DNA of 63,266 nucleotides, counting the filler, from Lenisia limosa (Eukaryota > Protista > Breviatea), in assembly GCA_001655205.1 (NCBI GenBank). It is 13 parts of 13 records of this genome, joined end to end, with 100 filler letters (N's around TTAATTAATTAA, not from the genome) between each part and the next. Parts side by side here need not be neighbours in the genome. Positions count along the whole stretch, not along the records: positions 34,294 to 57,175 come from LPNZ01007831.1; 12 more parts are not named here. One strand, given 5' to 3'. Position numbers and translations under genes: made by a program. The notes under the pieces were generated by a model. It did not search any database. It was not told the DNA's origin and saw nothing but the letters and a program-made list of their open reading frames with translations. How positions within the stretch are numbered: the stretch's first letter is position 1; each line of letters begins with the position of its first letter. Of the stretch, positions 37,301-47,810 are shown piece by piece.

Positions 37301-37788
37301 GACAGTCAAAGATACTACCACATACCTTATTGAGGCTATAGACTTGGACCTTAAGATTGGGATCAGATAAAGAAGCGCCAATTGCACCATCATAAATTGC
37401 AAATTTAACCTAGACAGTTACAACAACCGCCAAAAAGAGATAGTTCCACCAAGTCTTCTCTAGACTGTGTATGGCTTACATGTTTGTCAGCATTGTCAGA
37501 ATAGGTGAATAAATCTGTAGCAGGGTCAAGCATCTTCACCTCAGGTGCAAGTAGAGAGTACACTACAGGCTGGAAGGATAAGTGAAGAAAAAAAAAGTCT
37601 CGAGTGTCACAAGAATTAAAATTCCACCATACAAGTCCAACAGAGCTTTGAACAGCCTTTGTGGTCTTATCCAACACAATAGCAGAAGTGGTGTTGAAGT
37701 AGTAGACGTATTTGTTGGAAGCAAGGATAGTAGCAGCCTGGAGTATAATTAAAAGTGTAATTGAAATTAACCTTTGAAAACCCCTCAT
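34370..37788 (-). CDS. Secreted, beta-rich multi-exon protein; probably 3' partial
   Basis: Signal peptide MRGFQRLISITLLIILQAATILA; many short GT-AG exons (APEVKMLDPATDLFTY, VDTVNNLVFIQVQY, DTRMLYDPSLPEQAYFAG, VGLITSPVEESIIWG). Confidence 0.65.
35986..36064. mobile_element. MITE family B (subfamily 2), intact 79-bp copy
   Basis: TA|CACTGACCGCGATAAG...TTATCGCGGTCAGTG|TA. Confidence 0.85.
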
Positions 37789-37966
37789 ACACTTGATTCA
37801 AATTCAAGTTCAACAAACAAAGATATTGTTGGTACCTGTATTTGTAAAAAAAAACGGGAGGACTGTCTCACAAAACTTGTCAAAAAAAGTTCAAAAATAT
37901 AAAATCTTACTGAAGTGTGATCAGTGAATGTGCACTTCATAATGACCTCGATAATATCTAAACGAA

Positions 37967-39009
37967 TTAATATCTGACTGGCAGAGGGCAGCTCAATGGC
38001 TCCCGCAAACTGGCAGCTCCATCAGTACAACGGACTGCGATGAAAGATTCATCAGAAACGATTTCCGTCATTGAACGAATAGTAGCCTGTAGGATAAGCG
38101 GAAAAGAAAACACACAAACATTGGCGTTGTGAGTGACTGGGCAAGCAGCCAAAAGAGCACTACTAATATCAGCCGAGGCACCAGTAACCGGAACAGCAGG
38201 GTTAGAAAGGTCAACCTAAAACAATTACAATAGCTAAAAAACTCGATGATGGCATAGTTGGAAACCAAGTATCCTCCCCACCATGAACACAGTAGAGGTA
38301 GAATCGACAGCAAAACCGTAAGCAAGATTCATGGCACAATGGTTGAAAGATGCAGAATTGGCGATGGTGACTTTGTTGATCTATATGGTCAAGAAATGAA
38401 CGACCCCGTATCCCTATCTTTACAACTTGAAACCTACATTGTGTTTATTATCAACAGACACCGTCCAGAGTTCTCCATCTCGGGTCTGCATCTCAACTGC
38501 GGCTCCGGTGGATGTTGTCTTGGGAAGTGAGCAACAATGTAAAAAAAAACACCACCAACAACTCACCATTGAGCAAGGGGTAGTCATATGATCACTCACA
38601 GTGCTGAAACCGGACCTAGAGCGGATGGCACTTGGGTCAAAGCTAAATGGTCCTCTTCCATTGGGCGCTGATAATAGAAAGAAAAGTCAGAGGTAAGTTA
38701 AAGGGTAAAGTGATTAAAGAGTAATAGTGCACTCTTGCGAACCAATGTTGACAAGAGCAGTGTTAGAATAGCCTTGAATGAATGCACGTGGTGAAGAGGA
38801 GCCAGGAGTCACGTTAATAATTGACTTAAGAGGTAAGGAATGAGGATTCCACTATGTCCACATACCTGAATTTGAGTCAGTTTGGTAGTGATAGGGCGAG
38901 GAGTATTATAGAACATGTATCTTTGTACTGATGCAGCTATAACTGACTGCGAGAAGCAGAGTGCCAATAGCATCAGATATACCAACATATTGGTTTTCAG
39001 CCCCATCAT
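37967..39009 (-). CDS. Small secreted protein, multi-exon
   Basis: Signal peptide MMGLKTNMLVYLMLLALCFSQSVIAA; exons TTSTGAAVEMQTRDGELWT/INKVTIANSASFNHCAMNLAYGFAVDSTSTVFM/VDLSNPAVPV... Confidence 0.65.
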
Positions 39010-39519
39010 TATAACTCAAAATCTCCTGCCTTCCTACTTCCCAACACAAATACAATCAAAAACCAGATACAAAAAAATATAACTAGAAGAAAATGCAAAT
39101 ACCCCGATCCGCTCCAAACCCGCCTAATCATCCGACTCCGACAGGGCGGCGGCGTTCCAAAGCGATGGCCTGGTAAGGCTCATCTAAAAAGGGGGTGGCA
39201 GCGTCTGTAGTTAAAAAATAAGAAGAAGTAAAAGTAGTATTTTTATGAACAAAATTAAAAAAAAAAAAGGTTAATTTGGGTAAATTTTGTTGAGCTTCAG
39301 AAGCACCGCACCAGTTAGAATTTCATACTTTGGTTCCTGTTACGTTCAAACTCAAGGGGAGATTTTGGGGGGTCCAGAGTGGGTTTTAGCCTTTTGAGAG
39401 AGTTTCGGCGATTTTTTTGGGCGAAAAGAAAAGGAGGTGTGAACAAACGAGGAACAACAAACAACCGGGACGTGTATATACTCCTCAAACAGCTCACAAT
39501 CCCTCCCTCAAAAAAAAGA

Positions 39520-41072
39520 ATGCCAATGGATTCATCCTGTCGTCATCGTACGGTTTTCACACCTCGAATCCCCGATCCTAAAGTCCACCACTTTTTCTTG
39601 CCTTGCCCTCCTCCACCAAAGCCGGCTGCCAAGAAACAGGAACCGCCTCCAGTAGAATATGTACCCAGTAAGCATGGATNNNNNNNNNNNNNNNNNNNNN
39701 NNNNNNNNNNNNNNNNNNNNNNNNNNNNNNNNNNNNNNNNNNNNNNNNNNNNNNCCCTTCCCCTTTTACTTGTGTTTTAGATCTGTTTAATATTCTTCAG
39801 GTAATGTTAGGCTAACAGAGCCACCTGCAGAGGCCTATGAGGATGGTGCCTTTATTATTCGTGATAGGTAAGATTTGGCAATGCCTCTTGGAAAGAAACT
39901 GGCATAGAATATAATATCAAAAAACAAAGAAGCCTTGTTTCTTATCTGTAATATTCTCGATATTCATTTTTCTATCGACATTTGCGTAGAGTGATATCTT
40001 AGTTTTAGGACATATTCCAATTCAACCCTCCTCCACAACCTCTCCCCATCAGTTTTCTCATTATTCAGAAACAATGATTATCGTTCCTACATTTCAAGTG
40101 AAGGAGAGTGTATGTATGAGGGTGTGAAAGCAGTGTCATTTTGTAACACTATTATTTTGTCATTGTTTCACTAGATTTTGAGCTTCTGTCTGATAGTTCA
40201 GTAACAATTGTCAAGAGACCATCGGGTTTATCTCTGATAACAATGCCGGAACTGCGTGGGGGGGGGGGTACTTTCCTTTTTTGAATGGAATCTCTTCTCA
40301 CTTTGCAGTGATATGAAGTACCTTGGAGTTCTCAAGGACGGCAACGCTGGCGACCAATGGTTCATCATGGACGCACAGGACGAAATCATTGCCACTGTTG
40401 ACAGAGGGCGCGGCTTGGTGGGTTTTACTTTTGCATCACTGCGAGGAGCCCACTGGGGTGTTTTACTACAAAGGTATAAATATACACGAGTTTTTGGTGA
40501 ACAGCAACAAAATTGAGTTCCTTGATGGCGTTTTGCCGGGAGAGAGAGAATAGAGGTTCAGATGAAAACAGGGCAAGGGCAGAATTCCAAAGTTCTATCA
40601 TAAAGTAGCCAGTTGAAAAGTGATATAGAATGGGAAATAGAGATATTTTTTAAAAGAAACACATTTTTATGGTTCCAGCGCAGGATTATTGTTATAACTT
40701 TTTCTTTTTTTTTTGCGTATAGATACACCCCCCCCCCCCNNNNNNNNNNNNNNNNNNNNNNNNNNNNNNNNNNNNNNNNNNNNNNNNNNNNNNNNNNNNN
40801 NNNNNNNNNNNNNNNTTGCCGAATTCAGTAATGCTGGTGAAGTTTCTGGTGGGTAGCAAAATTCTCTGATTTTATTTGTTTTTACTTGTAAATTTGATGG
40901 GTTCTTCTTTCACCGTTTAGGGCACTGGGGTGGCTACATTGGGCAATTTGAGCCATATTCTTTCAGAGAACTCGACACAATGGCACTCGTACGCTCTCTT
41001 TGGTTCCTCTTTTTTATTATTTAGTATATGATGCTTATTGACCCGGGAATGCTCTCTGAAGTTGAGGGGTAG
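39520..41072 (+). CDS. Small beta-rich uncharacterised protein
   Basis: Spliced: PPVEYVP..GAFIIRDRNNDYRSYISSEGE..IGFISDNNAG..YLGVLKDG..WFIMDAQDEIIATVDRGRG..AEFSNAGEVSGHWGGYIGQFEPYSFRELDTMALYMMLIDPGMLSEVEG*; start uncertain. Confidence 0.7.
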
Positions 41073-41611
41073 ATCGTTTTTTGTTCGGTTTTGATTCAAT
41101 CAAATTCAAGTTCGCATTTATTACCCCACCAAAGTAAACTGAGGGTGCTTCTCGCAACCTCCCTGGCCTCGTAAACTAGGAGAACTCTCTACACCCATAT
41201 GGTCTGGTCGTTGATTGATTGAAGTGGTCTTAGCAAGCATCATAGTCACGATGAGGTCAGCCTTTGTCCACAGCTTTATGCAGGAACGACTCACCCATAA
41301 GTAAATGAGTATAGAATATGATCTAGTATACTACTCAGGTTATCTGATCAAAGGGAAATGCTGAACCAACATTCTCATCCTTAGTTATAAAAGATTGGGT
41401 CACTTTTAATTCCGTTCTCCTGTGATGTTTGCAATTCCGTGGCAAAAGGCTTCAAGGGAACCTTGCAACAGACAATAAATATCATAGCATGGATGGCCAC
41501 AGCAAAATAACTTTTTGATTTCTCATCTCATAATTCCATGATATTAAATTGTCAACTAAAAATATAAATATATATCACATAATATATATCACTGAAGTCA
41601 TAATACCCCAA

Positions 41612-44600
41612 TTAGGTTCTGATGCTCTCAACGGCCATCTAGATGTCAGTTGAAGATTTAGTTGACAAAACCCACCTTAAAGGCCTTACGCATCTTCAGT
41701 CTCACCCCCAAATCCGAGGTTAAAATTGCAATGTCGCTATGAATCAAACACTGACCATCTAAAAAGCCATTATTTCACATTTGATGTTGACCATACTTAT
41801 CTTCAACTTCCGTGCTTCTGCAACACAATGACCAAAACGTCTTGAAGTTAACCAGTTACAGACTTCTTCAACCGTCCATTCCTTTGCCTACATGAGTCAG
41901 TTAAAAAATCAGGAACCAAAAAGTTCCAACGTTTTGAACTGAAGGGGTGATTGGGGCCACGGGATCCACAGACACAGGAAGAATTGGCGCAACTGATTTG
42001 TGGTTATGATAGATGCAGCGAGAGAATTAGAAAACAATTCAGACAAACCCTGACAAACCAGCTGTTGGAGGTGCGATTGTTTTCTCAGTTTGACTTTGCT
42101 CATTAACTTCTTTCCCGTATTCCACTTCTTTTTCCACTTCTTTATTCACTTCTTGCATGTCTTCTTTCACTTCTTTCAAGTCTTCTTTATTCACTTCTTT
42201 CACGTCTTCTTTCACTTCTTTTACGTCTTCTTTCACTTCTTTTACGTCTTCTTTCATTTCTTCTTTTGCGTCTTGTACTTTTTTCACTTCGCCCTCTTCG
42301 TTCACTTTCTCTTTTTCTTCATTATTAGTTCCATCCAATAACTCAGATTCAAGTGCTTGCTTTTCCTCAAACTTAAAAGTGAATCATCTCAGGAAATATC
42401 GCAACCAAAATTAGCTTATTATCCCAACATACTTCAACTTCCGTTTCTTGTACCTCGAAAATGGAGTCAAAGATATCTTGGCAGAACTTAAGGACGGCAT
42501 CTAAGCTTTCCATGTATTTCACTCCGTCTAATCTAGTATTGTCAATGTACTGATTTAGACACACACACCCCTCTTCCTCACAACTAGTTCCTATCCATGG
42601 CAGACCTGGCATCGGTAGTACGGACAAAGACATTCACAGATTGGGCAAGAGACTCGTTAATGGCGTTGACCTGCGTAAGTCGTCAAGTAAGATGTGCATC
42701 GTTTTGAGAAGATGTTAGTAACCGCTCTGCTTACAATAAAAACTTTCCAATTAGATAAATTTGAATTTCTAGGAAGACAATTAATTTTCCCTCAAGAAAA
42801 CTAAAAAAAGAAAAAAAAAAAAAAAANNNNNNNNNNNNNNNNNNNNNNNNNNNNNNNNNNNNNNNNNNNNNNNNNNNNNNNNNNNNNNNNNNNNNNNNNN
42901 NNNNNNNNNNNNNNNNNNNNNNNNNNNNNNNNNNNNNNNNNNNNNNNNNNNNNNNNNNNNNNNNNNNNNTCTGACCAAAAATACAAACCTTTATTGGGAG
43001 TGATTTTGTGAAGTGTTGTAACGTTGGTCCATGTACAATGGCAATTTCTCGAACAAAAGCTATAGTGTTAATGTCAATATATAAGGGATTATTATTGAAA
43101 TACAACCCTCAGACTTGAAGCACTTGCAAGGGATTTTGTGAGCAGATTAGCATTCGACAAAAGAGAAGATAATACCACATTTATAGGACCTACAAGGTAA
43201 ATTGAAAATAGTATTTAAAAAAACTCTTTGTAGATGTGCATCATCTATCATATGATATACTAAAAGATATTCTTCCAACCAACTTTCATCTGTATTGTTT
43301 TTAACTAAGCTACACAGGCGGGTCACCTCGGAAATGGATTCAATTGAGGACACTGTACACGGCAGGTCTCTGATAAGAGGGGAAAACCTTGACTTTTAGC
43401 ACCGCTTTTAACATCTCGACATACCAGTTGTTCGCAGTTATTTCAGATGACTTCCAACTGGCAACAGTGTTTCGAATCAACTGGAGGGGGACGGGGTAAA
43501 AATTGGAAAATTTACAATAAATAATAATAATAATAATAATCAACTCTGTTTAATAACACACGAGGGTTGAGAACAANNNNNNNNNNNNNNNNNNNNNNNN
43601 NNNNNNNNNNNNNNNNNNTCGGTGCAGAATTTTTACCACTTTTTTTTTAAAAAAAATTACCGGGAAAACCAACAACAAAACCTTGGAAAATTATCATAAA
43701 AGTGTTATCTCACCTAAAAGCAATTTCCTTATTAAAGCGAGATATGCATCGCAACTTTTGGGATTCAATTCTTGTACAACTTTGTTTTTTATTGGAAAAA
43801 AAAGGGGGGCGGGGAGTTTTCTCATTTTTCTTTTTGGGTGATCTCAAATAGTTTCCTGATCTCTATCCTTTGCTCTCTGAATTGATTGTCATTGAAAGAT
43901 ACAATCATTTGAAAAGAGAAAAGAGAAAGAGACGCATTAAACACCGAGAAATCAGGAATTTGCCCCATCAAAGGAAGAAAGTATCCAAATCCAATCCTGG
44001 CTTTCTCTGAAACAGAGGGTCATCGTGCTCTCTTGAGCTTTCCTTTTCGGGAATGCAAGTTTTATTCAATTAAACAGTTTTTTGCGGCGGGTAGAGAGGT
44101 TAGCAGTATTATCTCCCGGTGCACATCTCGCTTTTAGTACCCTGACAGGTAGCTTTCATACAGAACCCTCATCTCTTTCATTATCAGTTTGACTTTCCAC
44201 TCACCTCAATTGATTTATTGATGCGGGTGAAGGAAGACTGGCAGATACCAACTGCACCATCACCTGGAAAATGAAACAGGCACAAATGTTATGACTTAGA
44301 GCACTAACGATTGATATAAAAATCCAACCGAGCACTGGGCCTTTGACATCCCCTGGTTGAGTGAAGCGAGATAGTTCACCAAGACCAATGGAAAGATCAG
44401 CCGTTGCCAGGTTGAACTCCTGAAAAAATAATATTGATAACGAAAGATATTTATAATGAAGCAGACAGCAGATCCAAAAGCTTACTGTGATGAAAGAGGT
44501 GACTTCTGCTTGCATTTTAGATAGGCGACTTTGAACACAGCTGTATCGCTGAGGTGAAGCAGAATGTTTCAGCTCAAATTTTCATCATTGTACGAGTATT

Positions 44601-47432
44601 ATCTTATTTACACAATATTCATTTTATCAGCTTACGCCTGAACATTGTTGTTAACCTGAACAGCGTCGGAGGTAATTGCCACTGTATCACGGATAATCTA
44701 TTCGGTTATTTTAGTCATATGTACGTGATCCAAAACAGACAGAATGAGAAGAAGGCAAACCTCGTTTCCATTGCGTTTATACTTAGGAAGCAAGAGAGCA
44801 AGCGTTTCAATTTTGGACAATATAGATTCTGCGAAAATAATGCTTCTTTTGATGGCAACAAAAATTCCCTTTCTACAAACCTGATGAGGATGAAACAGCC
44901 GCAAAGGCCTCAAATTCAGGGAAGGACTTCGGTGCTTCCCATTTATCCCGACATTTTTTTACCTTTGATTGAAGCTCCACAGATGCCTCTTCAAGATAAT
45001 CCTGAAAGATTAAAACAAATAACAGCTTAACGGGACTCACATTTTCAAGCTGCATCAATGTTGCCTTGATATCAGCTTCTTTGACTGTTTCTAAATGATT
45101 AGAATGTGTTCATAAGATATTTTCTTTGTTGACTTTTCAAGAACAGCAATTAATATTAATATTAATTAATATGATATGTATTATTTTTGTTCATCGTTAA
45201 TATTAATCGTATTAATATTAATATTAATACAATATAATATATTGTATATTGTAAATAGCAATGAGAAATAAAAAATAAGGATGTATCTGACCGAAGCCGT
45301 CCACACCATTTGGATTATAGTATAATATTAATTCACCCAATCATTTGCCTTAATGTGCACAATTATTAATAAAATTAATATTTTATACGATTAATTGCCC
45401 GGAGATCTCATGAAAACTAACCCGAAAAAGTATTGAATGCAGAAATGTAAAAGATCTTAAACGGCTCCAATTTCTAAAAGAATAAATAAAGTTGATATTC
45501 TAACCTCTCCACACGTTACAAGAAGATTTTTACACTCAAATGCAACTTCCGTGAGCTGTTTCTAAAAAAGTTAACGTTGTATATATCATATGCACATTAT
45601 GGTGTATATGATGATATGATATACTAGTAGATTGTTTATCATTTACAATAATATTTGAAAAGAAGCATTTAGGTTGTATAATCACAGGTTAGCACATCAA
45701 CCACAAACTTGTTTATCAGCAGCCCCATGGGACGAAGCGTATGCATTGACAGCGCCCACTAAACTGGAGTTCAGCCGAATGGCAGTCGAAAATATTTCCT
45801 GTGCTCGTAAACAAATACTTGCAGTAGAAATAATAAATGTTCCATACTTTCATTTCATTTTGAACTTCCTGAGGGATACTGTGAGAAACGCTGACTGAAC
45901 TGACTGCCTCAGCAAAGGCAGCAAACGCTGGGGAGAAGATATTGCATGCTTCAACAGCCTGAGGGCGATAAATCAATATGAAGCCCAAAAAAGACCAACA
46001 TCATTTGGCTGAAACTCGTCATCAAAAAGTGGGAGTAGAGCATTTAATGAGGCATCACTAACAATCTGTGTGTTTAGAAATGTGTCTTTGTTGCCAATAT
46101 AGTTTTATAGGTAACTTAATGATACTCTAATACACTCGTGCTATCTTCGTTCATCATTTCTACTCGAAAGTCGGTCATATGATCATATCACTAGTGCATA
46201 TCATATGGATTTCCATATCACGTGTACGGTTTATGCAAACACATAGGATAACACGATTTTCTTCTCAGACCGTCACATTACCGTATTTATAACATCAGTA
46301 TGTATGTAAATAATATAGTGTTCTAGACTTTTTTTTAATACGATGGAACAATTATTAAAACAAACCTCAGTTCTTTTAGCCGGAACCACTCCTGCAATTT
46401 CGGATAATTTACGAAGGGAATTCACTAAAAAGTAATTGATTGTGGAAGTCTTTTTGGAAATATTCGTGTCATCAAGATTTTAAACATCAATTCAAACAAT
46501 GTGCAATATGATTGTAATTTGATCAAAGGGTAGTTTGTAGATAATACATGATATGATACAGTATTGTACATAGTATATATCATATATAATATATGATATT
46601 ATATCTAGTATGAAATATAAATATGTATGTAATATATGATATCATATATAATACATATGATATCAATACATTATTTCATGAATATACTATATGACATCTC
46701 ATAATCATATGATATGTAAATATCGAAATACTACTTTCTTACCTAACGTGTTGATGGAATCAGCCCCTTGCTTGAGGACGTCTGGAGAATCCTCCTGTGT
46801 ATCTGTGGAATGAGTGATACTTCCCAGTAGATTTTCTTACGGATAACCCAAGCTTCAAGATCATGTTTGGCAGAAGCCACTTCAGCCTAATTGATGAGAA
46901 CTGTAAGGTCCTGAGAGCAGCAGCCAAGACAAGAAAAATTCAGCCTTAGCAGATGCAATTCCCCTATTACCTCGAGATTTGACTTGAGTTCGGAAATACC
47001 AATATGATCGAAAGTTAATCCGTTTACCTGTGATTTTCAGTACAATATCATGTGGAATACAATGTAAACTGAGTTTTTTGTCCTTCTTCCTAAACAACAT
47101 CTCCTCAAGGCTTGACCAGCATACGAGACTGCTTGCAAGGTCGATAAATTGGGCGGAAGAAGCCAGAGCAATGTTTTGGTTTTGAATGACTGCTCCAGGA
47201 ATAGGTTGTCCCTAAAAAAGAAAGTGAGGGGCAAGGGTTAATATAAACAAGTTTATTTACTAGTGAGTAGAGATATATATAAAAATATACTCCTCCAATT
47301 CCTATTTGAGGGTTGCGCGATTTTTCATTCAAAAGGCGCCTCCTTACCAAAACCTACAGAAACTGCACATTGTCTGAGAGTCGGGTAGCAGGCGGCAATA
47401 ACATCAATAACAGAGGATAAAAATGCCTCCAT
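41612..47432 (-). CDS. Multi-exon protein with helical N-part, Glu/Lys/Val repeat and C-terminal SAM domain (could be two genes)
   Basis: ATG 47432 (MEAFLSSVIDVIAACYPTL). C-terminal exons AKEWTVEEVCNWLTSRRFGHCVAEARKLKIDGQCLIHSDIAILTSDLGVRLKMRKAFK match the SAM pattern. Stop at 41612. Confidence 0.65.
42130..42290 (-). repeat. Coding tandem repeat (KEVKEDV-like heptads)
   Basis: KEDVKEVKEDVKEVKEDVKEVNKEDLKEVKED in ORF 42039-42338. Confidence 0.85.
43481..43576 (-). repeat. Intron 3'-end module type II used as acceptor
   Basis: CAACCCTCGTGTGTTATTAAACAGAGTTGATT(ATT)n..GTAAATTTTCCAATTTTACCCCGTCCCCCTCCAG|. Confidence 0.8.
43736..44132. mobile_element. Possible non-autonomous TTAA-flanked (Kolobok-like) element
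   Basis: TTAA|AGCGAGATATGCATCG ... CGGTGCACATCTCGCT|TTTA; 14/16 inverted match. Confidence 0.4.
45275..45350 (+). mobile_element. Family C dispersed repeat
   Basis: AAGGATGTATCTGACCGAAGCCGTCCACACC...GGATTATAG...AATTCACCCAATCATTTGCC. Confidence 0.65.
46135..46260. repeat. Dispersed repeat family D
   Basis: CTCGTGCTATCTTCGTTCATCATTTC..GAAAGTCGGTCATATGATCATATCAC. Confidence 0.7.
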
Positions 47433-47561
47433 TTTAAGTCAGTGGGTGGGCCTCTTGGCGCAAACCAGTTTTATTTCGGAAACCTTGTCGAACGGACGGA
47501 ACGAAACTCTGACAAAACTGCGAGCAGGAAGGATCCCAGTAACAATACAACTAAACAAGAT

Positions 47562-47569
47562 AAAAAAAA
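47562..47569 (-). terminator. RNA polymerase III terminator (T8)
   Basis: Eight Ts directly 3' of the tRNA on the minus strand. Confidence 0.85.
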
Positions 47570-47641
47570 GGGGTCATCCGGGGATCGATCCCGGGACCTC
47601 TCGCACCCTAAGCGAGAATCATACCACTAGACCAACAACCC
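47570..47641 (-). tRNA. tRNA-Pro (anticodon AGG), intronless
   Basis: GGGTTGTTGGTCTAGTGGTATGATTCTCGCTTAGGGTGCGAGAGGTCCCGGGATCGATCCCCGGATGACCCC; 72 nt, cloverleaf, C discriminator. Confidence 0.95.
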
Positions 47642-47810
47642 TCTTGAAAATTAATTTCACAAACTGATTAACGATGGAAGGTTATATTTATTCTGGGCAC
47701 AAAAAATAGATTTTATATATGTATTTTTTGAAAAAAAAATTCAGCTCAGTATCGCAATTACCAAGGAGACTCTTGCATTGCATACGAGACTTCGTCGAGT
47801 TGACACCACA

